Source: Monocercomonoides exilis PA203 (Eukaryota; Protista; Preaxostyla). From it: DNA of 64,000 nt. The position numbers were made by a program, and so were the translations under genes. The notes beneath the pieces are model-generated. The model had not been told where the DNA came from. It saw nothing but the letters and a program-made list of their open reading frames with translations, and made no database searches. The DNA lies in contig LSRY02000018.1 of assembly GCA_001643675.2 (NCBI GenBank), forward strand, positions 496,001 through 560,000, read 5' to 3'. Below are positions 46,091 to 58,934 of the stretch, in pieces. How positions within the stretch are numbered: position 1 is the first letter of the stretch; every line of letters begins with the position of its first letter.

Positions 46091-48499
46091 GGCAAGTTCC
46101 AAATATATGGACCATTGATAAAAAATATTTCAAATATCGTAACCGAAAGAATATGTTATATAAATTAATAATTAATTAGTTTCATCTGTCGAAAATGCAT
46201 TGTTTGAAACTTTCCATTTTTTTATTTGATCCATCCCATGAATATTTTCTTTTTTTCTTTGTTTTTTATTCTTAGTGTTATTCATAGTTACACGTGTGAA
46301 AAGTTATTTCATGTTTGTTTTTTTTTTGCGTTCAAATTTTGAGATATCCAAAAATGCTTAATGTTTGATCTCTTCAACGTTTTTTTGAACGAAAGAAACA
46401 CAATTGATTATCACATTTGCACAGGATATTTCCAGCATTAAAGTGTGAATTAACAACATTTATCATCAAAAAATAATCAAATGTGAAAGGATCACAGCTT
46501 TTTTGCAAATTAAACCTATATTAGAATGAATAAAACAAATTTCAGTTTTTTTTGTTTATTTTTTCGATGATATTGATTCCCACTCATATTAAACAATCAG
46601 AATTTTTCGTTAAAAATAAACATAAATTTATTTATTTCTTTGTATAATCCCCAAAAAGAAAAAACCAAAAAACCAAAATCACAAAGATAAAGAGTGTTTT
46701 TCATCAGTCATTCTTTTATTGTTATCTTCTTCATTCAGCAAAATCAATAAAGGAGCATCGTATTCATGAACTTCGATATTCTCTCTTTTTAACAGCTGCG
46801 AAATCGAAATTACGATATGCACCTTCTTAACACGTTGTTCAGAAGGATGTCAACATGGAAAAGCGATGTGTTTTGAGTTGAAAGCGGTTGATGAACAGCA
46901 AAAGATGAGGAAGGTGGGTGTGACAAGCAGCATCTGAAAATGATCTGAAGGATGCGCCGGAGGAATATTTATGACATGCGCGATAGACAACAATGACAGA
47001 CATTCAATGACCGAGATTAGTGTTGGGGAAAACAAGGAATAAGATGGAAGAGACATGTTTATTGTGGAAAATGAACTGATGAATGGTGTGAATTCTGAAT
47101 TGTTAGCGTTAGCGACACGCTTTGAGGATAAAACGAATGCGTTTGTTGGATTTGACAGGAGCTATTTCAACGAGGCGGTTAATCTGATGATTTCGTGAAA
47201 GGTTTTGTGAGCACATCTGTTCTGCTTGAAATGCATCTGTCAATTGTGAACTGCTGTTTCGAAGACTTTCCATCCACACTATGTGATAATGGTGGAGGAA
47301 TTGAATTTGAGATATCAAAAGAACGAAGCTTCTGTCTGAAAAAAGAAAACTCTAAAAGGACGAGTTTTGTAATGGATTACACTTAATCGAAACATGAAAA
47401 AAATTAAGGTGCAACTGCATCAAACTGCTTCGATGATGGACTCAACTTTGATTTATTGTTTTCCAAAATAGTGAATGGATTACCAATCGAATTTCGTCTC
47501 AAAAGGAATTATTTCTACAAAGCAAATGAAACGGATCTTTTTCTATGTCTGGCGATTGATTTCCCTGCAAATGAAAGAAAAAATGTTTGCGATGTTTTTC
47601 AACAAGAATGCCTTCGACAGAGTGAATAACACCTTCAGGGCCGACCAGCTGACAACTATCCATTTGATTTGTTGCTGTTTTTTGTGATCCACATGTCAGA
47701 GTGGATATTTGTGCCTACAAACGATGGAACAGTCTATTAAGAATGTCAAATGATCAAATTGGTGAAAAATGCTCGGCAAGGCTGTGGGGCTTCAAACAGC
47801 GAGCCAAATAAAAACGGACTTGTATCGTTTGAGGAAGATATTTCAGCAAAAATTGTCACATATTGAAAAATATTCATGTGCTGTTGTGAAGAAATTGACA
47901 CAAAACTTCTAAGACATTTAATTTCATAAACAACTGACCGAATAATTGCAATAGGATCATGTCAAAAAATACCTGTAACTAATCTTGTTCCTGGAAATTA
48001 CATAGCATTCCTCGAAAGCATATATTGCAACAGCAACTCAACAAATTTCATTGTCAGTGTTTCCGGTCGACAGATCAAATAATTCTCTAAAATAGTTTAT
48101 TGATGATTGCTTTTTAATATGGCAATTCATTTCCTGATAATTGGTTAAGAAATTGATTAAATTGAATAAAAGTTTGAAGATTTTATAAGTTTTGAACACT
48201 CACATTCAAAAATGATGTTTTAATACAATGAAAAACAATATTAAGCAAATGATCAAACACACAATAGAATATAATCCTTTTCTTGAAAAGGTGAAGCTCA
48301 AAACCTTCCATTTTGAGATAAATTCTTGTTAATAAAAAATAAAATTATTCATGGGATGGATCAAATAAAAAAATGGAAAGTTTCAAACAATGCATTTTCG
48401 ACAGATGAAACTAATTAATTATTAATTTATATAACATATTCTTTCGGTCACGATATTTGAAATATTTTTTATCAATGGTCCATATATTTGGAACTTGCC
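46091..48499. mobile_element. Non-autonomous TIR element related to 3337-5197, 154-bp TIRs, with decayed surface-protein cargo
   Basis: 46091-46244 (GGCAAGTTCCAAATATATGGACCATTG...) is the reverse complement of 48346-48499. Interior ~46850-47350 reads DGRDMFIVENELMNGVNS...FVGFD and NGGGIEFEI. No TSD (ATTTGCTC vs AGCGAAAC). Confidence 0.88.
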
Positions 48500-48809
48500 A
48501 GCGAAACAAAGTTATGAGTGAAGCAAATATTTAATGCCTCGTGCAAAAAATGCTTGAAAGTCAATATTTTCCCCCACATATCGTATCATTCCAATTTTCA
48601 CAAACTAAAAATCAAAAAAAAATGTGGTAGATTATTTTTAATATCATACCTTTTTCCGGGATGTTGGTTATTTTGATTTAATTGTCATTTGCAAAATTAT
48701 TTTCACCCAAACAATAAATGTTTTCAAATTGTTTCAAAAGCCATTGTTTGACTTGACAAAAATAGTTTATCAATCTTTAAATAGATCTTTAACTTTTCGG
48801 GATTCATTT

Positions 48810-49049
48810 GTCAAAATTTTTTTGAAAAGTTCCTTTTGTTTAATTTTCAAATAAAGAAAAAATTTCATATTTCGATCAAATGTCTATTCCAATTCACAAA
48901 ACTTTTCTAGAATGGAAATTATAACATCGCAAAGATTTTATCTTCATGACAGTAAAATTTGGTGAGTGGAAACAAAAATTTGATTGAAATATTTAATTTT
49001 GATTTTATTTGAAATTTCAACAAAAGGAACTTTTCAAAAAAATTTTGAC
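48810..49049. mobile_element. MITE-like element, ~70-bp imperfect TIRs, possible 4-bp TSD ATTT
   Basis: GTCAAAATTTTTTTGAAAAGTTCCTTTTGTT at 48810 is mirrored perfectly at 49019-49049. ATTT occurs at 48806-48809 and 49050-49053. Confidence 0.6.
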
Positions 49050-50362
49050 ATTTCTGGATATTCATAACAAATGTTCAAATCGAATATTATTACAGAAAAA
49101 AATTTTTTTTTCAAAAATAATCACACATTTGTTGCAAAAATTATTTCCCGATTAAAAAAGAATTTGATCAAAATCTATTATTTATTGTCAAGCCTTTGCC
49201 GTTCGTATTTCATTTTTCAATGAAGTGGAATAATTATTATTCGAGTTTGATAACGATAGATTTTTTGATATTCTTTCAAATATTCAAAATTGTTGATAGA
49301 GAGAGAATTTTTTTCTTCAAAGACTATTTTACTTTTTTTCAAATTTCACCTTTATAATTCACATTTAATAATACACCAGTTATTCAAATAAAAGAAATAT
49401 TCTCTAAATAAGAAAACAGACTCCCAATCAGAAGAGAACAATGTTTTTTTTTTTCAAAAAAAAAGGTTGAAAATTTTAAACTGATAAACACTTTTAAACA
49501 ACAAAAAAGAAAATACTAAACAAAAAATATACATTGTTATGATAACGAGTTAATTCAAAGAACTGGCATTATGAAAGAAGTGTAGGATTCTTCAACCAAA
49601 TCATCCTAAATTCTCAACTTTTCAAAAAGAAAGAAAATATAAATAAAACCTTTCTTCTTGAGTCGAAAAATCCTAAGAATTAAATTAAAACGGAGAGGAA
49701 AACATATTCCAACAAACAATTAACATCGTAAATGTGCAATATGCACCGGCATTCATAATCACAAATAAAAACGATTAAAAAAAAAAAGAGAACAAGATCG
49801 AAAACAGTAAAAAATTTTCTCGTTTTGACATTATTTTTAACTCAAATTTGAGGAAACTAACGAAAATAATGTAAGTTTCTTCTAGTGAAATTGTGAGTTA
49901 TAGCAAATTACAGAACATAGCATACAACTATATTTACATAAGAAGTCTCATAAATCATCAATGACAAATGCAAAATAAAATAAAATGATTAAAAAATTAA
50001 AAAAAAAAACATTAAATACCTTTGATGGAAAATTGCAACTCGAACAACAAAAACAAAAACAAAAACATACATCGAAACAAACAAAAACAAAAAATTTCAC
50101 TTCCACTACCAACAGCAAGCCAAATCTAACTCAAAAATGAAGACTTTTCTTTTTGCATTTCCTCTTCTTCTTTTCCTTTTCCTTTCCTTTTTCCTTTTTC
50201 CTTTTCCTTTTCTTTTTTTTTTTCTTTTCAAAACTTCCAATCATTAATTAGCAATTAAATAACAATTGCCAATGCTGAAGTTGCTAATATAAAAAGAAGA
50301 AACCGAAATTTCAAGTTAAAAAAAACAATCATCTCTTAGCAACTTTAACGAAACAAGCAGAA

Positions 50363-53300
50363 TCAACCTATTTCTTTTCCTTCTCTTTCCTTTTCAATCT
50401 CAATTTTGTCTTCTTTCCCACAAAGAATAACACAGCTTCCCTCATACCCCTCCTTCTCCTTCTCCTTCTCCTTCTCGTTCTCTTTCTCTTCTTCCTTCTC
50501 TTTCTCTTTCTCTTTCTCCTTCTCCTTCTCCTTCTTCATCACCAAACACGGCTTTGGCGGTGGCGGTCTCTTTGGCGGTTGCCTCTTCGGCAGATGAAGA
50601 GGAGAAGGAGAAGGAGAAAGAGTAAGAGAAGGAGGAGGAGGCAAAACAGGATAGCTGAGTGTGAATGAAGCAATCGCTCTTCCCTTTTCTCCCTCTCGCG
50701 AAGGATGTAAATGTTGAATACTACTCGTCTCGTTCAGAAAGACCCAATCTCCGTCTCCTTCTTCTTCTCCTTCATCTCCTCCTTCATCATCACCATCATC
50801 GTCGTCATATTCTCCTCCTCCTTTCTCTTTGAATTCATCTTTTCTTCTATCACCGTTAAAAAATGTGGTGCTGTGCCCTCTTTCTTCATCCATCTGCTCC
50901 TTTATTTCGGCTGAAGACCTTCTCTGCTTATTTCTGAATGAAGAGGTTTTTGTGTTTGTGTTTGCGTTTGAGAATGAGAAAGAGCTCAAAGCAAGAGAAG
51001 AACAAGAATTTGAACCAGGACCAGAAAAAGACTCATTTTCTTCCTCTTCACCAGACAACGAAGTATTCTTCCTTCTTTCTTTTCTTTCCTTATTAACATC
51101 ATTAGCATTAGAATTAGCAGAAGAAGAAAAGGAAGAAGAAGAGGAAGAAGAAGAAGAATCATTTTTAGTTTTCCCTTCTGACTGAAACGGTTCTATTCTT
51201 CTCCACTCCAACTTCAGATGCCTCAAAAGCCTCTCCCACAAACGAGCATTTGGAGGGGGAATAAACAAATTGTGCAATTTCAATGAAACAGGCGGGGTGG
51301 AGAGAGGAAGGGCGAATGGATAGCAGTGGTGGACGAGACGAGGAGGAAGAGAAGAAGATGAAGAAGAAGGAAGAGAAAGAGCTTTGTCGTCAGTGATCAG
51401 CCAGTCGTCAATACTGTCTTCTTCTTCTTCTCTTTCTTCTTCTTCTTTATTTTCTTCATTGTCATCAACATTGTCATTATCATTACGGTCTTTTTTATCG
51501 TCTTCTTTTTCTTTTTCGTTATCAGCATCAGCATCTTCGTTACTATTATTATTATTGTTGAAATTGCTGTGAATAAGAAGATTGGAAAAAGAAGCCGAAT
51601 TTGGTGACGAAGCCAAAGAAGGCGAAGAAGAAGCGGAAGATGTTTCATTATTATTAATCTTTTTCTCTTCTTTCTCCTCTTTCTCCCCTTCTCCCCTTTT
51701 CTCCTCTTTCTCCTCTTTCTCCTCTTTCTCTTCCTTCTCTGCATTTGATGAGAAAGATAGAGAAGAATTGCGAATGTGCAAGGATTCCTTTGAATTTGAA
51801 CGAGATCTGTTTTTAAAGGGAAGTTGGCGAACAGAAGGCGAAAGAGGGCGAAGAGGAGGAAGGGATGGAGAAGATTTGGGAGAGGAAGAGGAGAATGAAG
51901 GAGAAGAAGAGGAGGAGGATGAAGAGGAAGAAGAGGAAGAAGAAGGGGAGGAAGAAGGGGAGGAAGAAGGGGATGAAGAGGAAGAGGAAGAAGAGGAACA
52001 GGAAGAGGAAGAAAAAGAGGAAGAGGAAAAAGAGGAGGAAGAGGAGGAAGAGGTTGAGGAGGTTGAGGAAAGTGAAGGAGAAGAAGAAGAGGAGGAGGAA
52101 ACAGAAGATGAAGAGGAGGAAGAGGAGGAGGAAGAGGAGGAAGAGGAAGAAGAAACAGAGGAATTATTTGCAGTAGGAAGAGGTTGTTTAAGTGAATATG
52201 AATGTGAAGGAGAATGAGCAATTCGCTTGAAGGAAATTGTGCGAAGAGAAGGAGTGTTCTGAGAGGAGACTTTGGAAGAGGAAGAAGAAATAGAAGAAGG
52301 AGAAGGAGAAGGAGAAGGAGAAGGAGAAGAGGAAGAGGAGGAGGAAGAAGGAGGAGGAGAGGAAGAAGAAAAGGAGGAAGAAGAAGAAGAAGAAGGAGAA
52401 TTGTTAGAAGAAGAAGAAGAAGAAGAAGAAGAAGAAGAAGAAGAAGAAGAAGAAGAAGAAGAAGAAGAAGAAGAAGAAGAAGAAGAAGAAGAAGAAGAAG
52501 AAGAAGAAGAAGAAGAATTTGAAGAGGGAGAAGAGGAAAGAGGAGGAGCAAATGAAGAAGAAGAAAGAGTGCTTGAAGCAGTCACCGAATCAAAAGGAGA
52601 AGGAGAAGAGGAAGAAGATGCAGAAGATGAAAAAGTCAACACATTTTGTGTCCCTTCTCTTCCTCTTCCTCCTCCTCCACCCAGCTCCCCCTTCTTCGCG
52701 GCCTCCAGCATCATCTTCGCCTGCTCTGCATTGAAATCTGGCAGCGAGTACATCCCCTTCAGCGCCTCGCTCGCCCGCTCAATCTGCTTCATCGCATCGA
52801 GCTGTGTCTGGATGCTCTTCATGGTGAAGAGATCCTCCATCAGCCGCCGCGACCACTGGGAGGACGGGGGCTGGAAGGTGGAGAAGGGAGGGAGGGAGAG
52901 GGTGGGGGAGGAGGAAGAGGAAGAGGAAGAGGAAGAGGAAGAGGAAGAGGAAGAGGAGGAAGAGGAATACGAGTTAGGAAAGGAGGAGGAGGAAGAGGAG
53001 GAGAACAAAGGAGAAGATGAAGATAAGGAAATAGAAGGAGAAGAAGATTGAGAAGAAGAGGTTGTCGATGAAGATGAGAAAGAAGTCAGAACAGGAGAAT
53101 TCGAAGCTGAACGACTTGATGCAGTAGCTGAAGTTGATATCTGCTTATTTGTTTGTATTGCTGTATTTTGTGTATTTTGTGTTAAGATTTTTTGTGCTTG
53201 AAATTTTTGTGCCATTGTTTGCATTGCTTCTTCATTCCCTCCATCGGCTGCTTCTCTTTGGCTGATGATCTCTCGCCATTCGTCTGCAGTCTTGTTAACT

Positions 53301-54928
53301 GACTCCACAATGTTTGCTCTTTCTTCTTCGGAGGCGGCAGAGAAAAGGAACGTCCGTGATGGAAAGAAGAGGAAGAAGAGGAAAGCGGAAGAGGCGTCGA
53401 AGCCTGGGGAGAAGTGGAGGCTCATGGAAAGCGAGGAAAGCGTGGAGAGTGTGCTATCGAAGAAGGAGGAAGAGGAGGAGGAGGAGGAAGAAGGTGAAGA
53501 CGAAGAAGTGGAAGAAGAAGAATCGGGCGAAGAAGAAGACGATGCTGAGCATAACGAAGCAAATGCTGCTGTAGGATTTGCGCAATTAGCCAGCGTCCCT
53601 TGTCTGAGCCCCATCTTCTTCTCTATTTCACCCCATTCTTCCACCATCTCCTCCCCTGTCGGCACCGCCGCTGCCTCCACCCCGTCCAGAAACGACAGAA
53701 AGCGTATGTCCAGCATCGGAGGAAACGAGCCGTCATCGCCGCTGCCAATGCCATTACTGCCACTGCTACTGCTGCTAATACTACTGCTATTGCTACTGCT
53801 GCAGAAACCACTGCCGCCAGCAGCTCCATATCCTCCTTGCTCTTTCCGCCCGCCGCCTCTTCCGAGCTTTGCCTTCTCGAAGTCGCAGACGATGGCGATG
53901 TCGCTGAAGAGGAGGAGGATGCGGCGGCCGGCTGAGTTTCTGTTCACCTTCATCACATTCCACTCGCTGATATACCGCCGCGACGGGTGGACGATGTTCA
54001 CGTGTGTCTGCACCAGGCGAGACTGCACACGGAGTAGGCGGTCCAGCTTCTTCTTACGCTTGACGGTGTTGTTGATGAAGTGCACGACAGACTCGATGCG
54101 CTCGCACGCTCTGCACAGGCTGTCGTAGTCCGGGTGGTCCGTTTCTGTCGTCTTCCTCAGCTCCCGCAGAAGCAGATTCATCTGAGGCAATCTCTGCACT
54201 GGCTTGTGCAAAAGCGTCGCTAAATTCGGCTCCTTCAACTGCGTTTCTGTTTCACACACATGGTTTATAAACGACTGAAATTTGGAATTTGTCGAAGATA
54301 AACGAGCTAGGTGCCCTGTTGCATTCGAGTGGCTTTCAAAATACTCAACATAACATTTCAAAAAGTCTCCCTGGAGAATCGATATGAATAATCGATTTTA
54401 ACAATCAAAAAATTCCCAATAACAAAGAAGTTAAACCAAAAAACAGTACAACTTTCCAATTCTTTGTTCATAGGGATTAAGCGCAATTGTTTTTTGTAAA
54501 TCATCGAGAATTGCCTCATGAACTTTTTTAATCGTTGGAAGATTCAAAAATATTTCATGAACATCTTTGCTGGAAATGCCCATTGATCCTTCTTTCACTT
54601 TTTGTTGCAAAGGTTGCATGAAATACTTTATTTGAATTGAATAATTTGAAGAATGCAAAAAGTCAAATAAAATTAATAGAATAAAAGAGGAAAAAAAATT
54701 TTTTTTTAATATTCATTAATAATATACGTGAAGATGCAAATATCAAACACGAATGATCTGTTTTAACGAATCGATATAATTATTCTCAGTTTGAAGAATT
54801 TCAAGTGCGACATTTCGACGTTGTTTCAGTCTCTCAATGCGCTTAGACAAGCATCGCGTGAATCTGTACCTTTTCCAGCAACGCTGTATCAAAATAGCAC
54901 ACCGATTTTCGGTGGCATCTGAATACAT
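50363..54928 (-). CDS. RhoGEF (IQ motif, DH and PH domains) with a very long poly-Ser C-terminal region
   Basis: Exons 54928-54749, 54625-54437 and 54370-50363. IQRCWKRY, EILQTENNYIDSL, LHKPVQRLPQMNLLLRELRKTTETDHPDY, PH-like RRYISE...LLLFSD...FLFSAASEEER. Confidence 0.88.
52407..52517 (+). repeat. Perfect (GAA)37 repeat encoding poly-Ser in the RhoGEF
   Basis: Directly visible. Confidence 0.95.
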
Positions 54929-55682
54929 ACAATTTACTCAACCTGTTTTAAGAAAATGATCAATAATTATTAATTAAAGGAGAATCATTAACAACAACTC
55001 ATAAATAAAAAATATATGAGAACAATAATTATAATTTTTTTCATTTTATTTATCTATCGTTTAACCTCAATGTTTTTTTTATATTTTATCACACAAATAT
55101 TATTGCGAACAGGATAAACGTTGAACAAAATGTTTTGTTTTTTTTGAAATAAAAAATATTATTATTATTGATTTTTTAAAATAGTATTATGAAAATAGAA
55201 ACCTCTTTATATTATATTTCATCTTTTTTAATTTGCTTAACTTATTGTTTGTTTTTCCAAAATAAAAGCTATGAAAGTTGTGTCTTAATATAAAAAAAAA
55301 ATCTTTTTTTTCGAAATTATTTCTGGTTATTATTATACATCAAGCAATTGTTCTTCAAAAAGTGTTTATAAAAATGTTTCATTCTAAAATTGATATTGTA
55401 CCAACTTTTTTTATTGTTCTTAATAATTGCTTCACAAAAATTGCTAAATAAATATCTCTGACTACGAATAAGTTCTCTTTTCTTTTGACAAATTTTTGCT
55501 TTATCAGTATTTAAAATTTGAATTGAAAGAAAATGAAAATTTGCTGCTCTAGAGAATTACAAATATGTGAAAAGAATTCACATAAATAAATATATACAAA
55601 TACAAAATTGAAAATATAATAATAATAATTATAATAATAATAATAAAACAAAATGATAAAAAGGATGAGATGCGAAATTTAT

Positions 55683-57154
55683 TCAAACGTTGATGAAATA
55701 ATCTGAAATATTTTGTGATAAATCACTAAAAAACTTTCTTCTCAGAGGTCGAAGCATTGGATACAAACTCGTAATGCAGTCTTCATATCCTTCTTCCTCC
55801 ATCCTTTCAAACTCATATCTTTTCTTTACAATTTGTTCAGTTTTGTTGCATTCTTTTTTATTGTTTCCATTATATATTCTTTTAAGCTTCAAAAGAAATC
55901 TAAGGCAACCATTTGTCAAATTGTCCTCCATTGTTGACTGACGCATCTCTTCCAGCACAATTTCAACGGCATTGCTTTTCAGTGTTTCAAACAGCTCCAA
56001 AGTGCCTCTGCCAGTTATTGAAACAATGAAAGAAAGACACTGCTTGCCAATTCTTCCTTTCTGCCTTCTTGTTGCTTCAAACAGTTTTGAAATGCTTCCA
56101 ATCAACATTCCATATTCTTCTCCCCATACGTTGCATTTGGTGAAAAAAACGTCTAATATGTTTGGCCATCTCATTAAAGTATCCGCTTCTTTCGTATCTT
56201 TTTCTCCACTCACCTTTTCTTTTCTCTTCCAATCAAACCGTTCTGATAGTTCCTCCAATTCTCTTGTTGCTTCTTTTACAAAATGCAGCTCATGCACAAT
56301 TACATCTTCCACACTTTCATCCTTGTATAATCTGTAGATCAAAAACTGCCAAGCAGATTGATAAGCAAGATGTGTCAGATTGTGATGTTCCTGATGATAT
56401 CGGATGATTTCTTTCATTTCACAAACATAACGCTCTTGTTCGATTTTCTGTCCAATATAGAAGCAAAATAAAAACCAAAATAATGCTGAAAAAAGAAAAG
56501 AAAAGAAAAGAAAAGCATACTGTCATAATCTCAATTTTGCTCAGAGCCAGTAATGCAATTTCCACTTTTTCTTTTGCTTCTTCACTTTCTTTGTTGTCCA
56601 ATACTTCTCTCAGAAGAATGCGAACGCAAAAATTGGGGAAAAGCATAGAAATATGCACATTTCTCAGTAAAAGATAGCATTCAAAAAGATCAATCAGTGT
56701 ATTTTTGCCATTTTCTTTCATCACCCCTTCCTCAATCATTCTTTCAATGTCTTTGCTCAATGATGAAGTATTAAAAGTAAAAAACATAAGTTCTTTCAAA
56801 GCATTTAGATATCCGATGTGCTTCAACAATAAAATTGCATTATCCATTGGAATTATTGCTGATTCTATCATTAAAAGAATATCGTTGAACAGTTCTTTTG
56901 AAAAAATCGAAATCAATTCTTTTTCATTCATTTTGTCCATCGTTTCATTCATTTCAATAATTATGATAATCTGTTTAATTCCATCGCATTCTTTAAGCTC
57001 ATCGCACAAATCTTCAATGAAAAAATGAGCAAAATTGAAATCAAAAAACAAAAATCCAAGTGCAACTATGTTGCGCACCTGTGAACTTTTTTGAATTGTC
57101 CGTCTCCTGCGTTTTCTGAAGAATATTGTTTTCAGAAAACAATTCCATTTTCAT
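55683..57154 (-). CDS. Member of an expanded lineage-specific helical protein family (HHNLTxLAYQSAW...MEEEGYED), 3 exons
   Basis: Exons 57154-57079, 57011-56521 and 56447-55683 splice in frame at GT-AG sites. Paralogous fragments occur elsewhere in the window. Confidence 0.8.
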
Positions 57155-57565
57155 TATTCACGTAAATTTCACAAATGTTTGGATAGAAGAAATTTGAACG
57201 TATTAAATCTCAAAATAGTCGTAAACATATGTGCATTTAAACCGTTCCATCAAGTGTTGACATTATCGATTTGTTATAAAACGGAGAAACAATTCTTTAT
57301 CTTTTCAGCTTTGTTGTTATGGATTCCATGATCGAAAAATCATCTATAATCAGTATTATTTTTCCAAAACGCGAGAGTGGGAAAGAAATATTATTTTAAC
57401 CCTGGGTGAAGTGGTGACTTCTGACGTGACTTTTTCGATTTTTGACGGACTTTACAGAATTTTTCTCGTCACAAAAAAAAAATAAAAAAAAATTCAAAAT
57501 TTATTTTGTCAAGATTGCACATATGCTGAACTCATATTTTTTGTGAATTTTTGCAAAAAAGAAAA

Positions 57566-57635
57566 GAATACGAGAGGAATCGAACCCGCATCCTTCTCGT
57601 CCTGTTCCGACACCCTAACCTAGTTTCTGCACCCC
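57566..57635 (-). ncRNA. tRNA-like or tRNA-derived 70-nt unit with a B-box and oligo-T run (not a canonical tRNA)
   Basis: GGGGTGCAGAAACTAGGTTAGGGTGTCGGAACAGGACGAGAAGGATGCGGGTTCGATTCCTCTCGTATTC followed by TTTTCTTTTTT. Stems are weak. Confidence 0.4.
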
Positions 57636-58064
57636 AAAGGGTTCCGTTTTCACTTATTCTTTTATTGATATCCCAAACCCAAAAAATATGGTCCATTAAA
57701 AATTCACATTTCTCATCAAAACCCTAAAAAGAAGATTCGAGACACCACTCTACAACGTAAAACAACTTTATAAAGAAGATTTTTGTGATAACCCTAACCC
57801 TAAAACAACAACAAAAGTCAGAAAAAGAATTTATTTGAACCCTATAAATTTATTATGGTTCATTGATCAAAAGGGTCAGCATATGTGCAATCTTTCCAAA
57901 AGTTACACCTATTATTCACAAAATCTGCCAACTATATCATTTTTGTTATTTAAGTTCTGTCAGAATTGTGACTTGATGTTCGTAACAAATAAATTGTTGT
58001 GGGATGTTGATCATTGTACATCAAGAATTTTTCTTTTCAAAAAAAGTCAAAAATAGCTAATCGC

Positions 58065-58934
58065 ATGTGCGTTTCAGCTATATCTGATTCAAGCGATAGT
58101 AGAGAAATTAAAGAAGCACAAGAAGAAGCAAAAGAAGATCCTTCTCATTTTTCACAATTAACTCCTTGCTCAGATCTATTTGATAGAATCGATGAACTTA
58201 CTGTTTCGGAGAATTTTATTTTTTGCGCAAGCTATCACGTTGCAGACATTGCTGCAGAGAGCTTGCAATTTACGGCAAATTTCTTTCGGGCAAACACGAT
58301 GTCTAATCAATCAATATATTACTGCAACATTTGTCAAGCATCTAATTTTCCGAAACACGTTCAAGACATAATCTCTGAATTTGGATATGATTACCCTCTG
58401 AGAAGGTATGAAAATAAACAGAAGGCTTCACCTTTGATTTCACTGGAAAATGGAACTTTCAGAAAGAGCACAAGCACAATTATTATACGAATTCTCAAAA
58501 TTCTTAGAAGTTATTGTCACATCCTTGCAACAGAAATTTACCAAGGAATTGCATTGTTTCGCAGAATCTGTGCCAATCACTACAAATGCTCGTCTTTTGT
58601 GTATTTATTTTGGAATTCTTTGCAGACAATGTTTCTTACGTGCATTTTACTTGCACATAAGGCAAGCACGGATACTCCGTATAAAAATAGTGATTGGGAA
58701 AACTTGTTCGGTTATCCGCCATCTTCTATAAATCAGTTTGAGATTACAACGTTAGATTTCTTGGACTGGAACGTTACGGTTGATTGTGCTGAATATTTGC
58801 ATGAACGGAGAATTCTTAATTCGCAATGCGATTTCTATAGAGCAAGTGATTTCAACGAAAAGGCAGACGAACATCTGGGAAAAGAGTGCTTTATTTGTTC
58901 TGACGAAGCAGCTGGAAAGTCTTATGACGAATAA
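58065..58934 (+). CDS. PHO80/U-type cyclin-like protein
   Basis: Cyclin box GIALFRRIC...MFLTCILLAHKASTDTPYKNSDW...INQFEITTLDFLDWNVTV. Confidence 0.82.
   Translation: MCVSAISDSSDSREIKEAQEEAKEDPSHFSQLTPCSDLFDRIDELTVSENFIFCASYHVADIAAESLQFTANFFRANTMSNQSIYYCNICQASNFPKHVQDIISEFGYDYPLRRYENKQKASPLISLENGTFRKSTSTIIIRILKILRSYCHILATEIYQGIALFRRICANHYKCSSFVYLFWNSLQTMFLTCILLAHKASTDTPYKNSDWENLFGYPPSSINQFEITTLDFLDWNVTVDCAEYLHERRILNSQCDFYRASDFNEKADEHLGKECFICSDEAAGKSYDE

Noticed and set aside
51397-54128. Poly-Leu, poly-Glu and poly-Arg ORFs
   Set aside because: Alternative-frame and antisense shadows of the RhoGEF poly-Ser repeats.
57396-57420. piggyBac-like end TTAA-CCCTGGG
   Set aside because: No matching opposite end found in the window.
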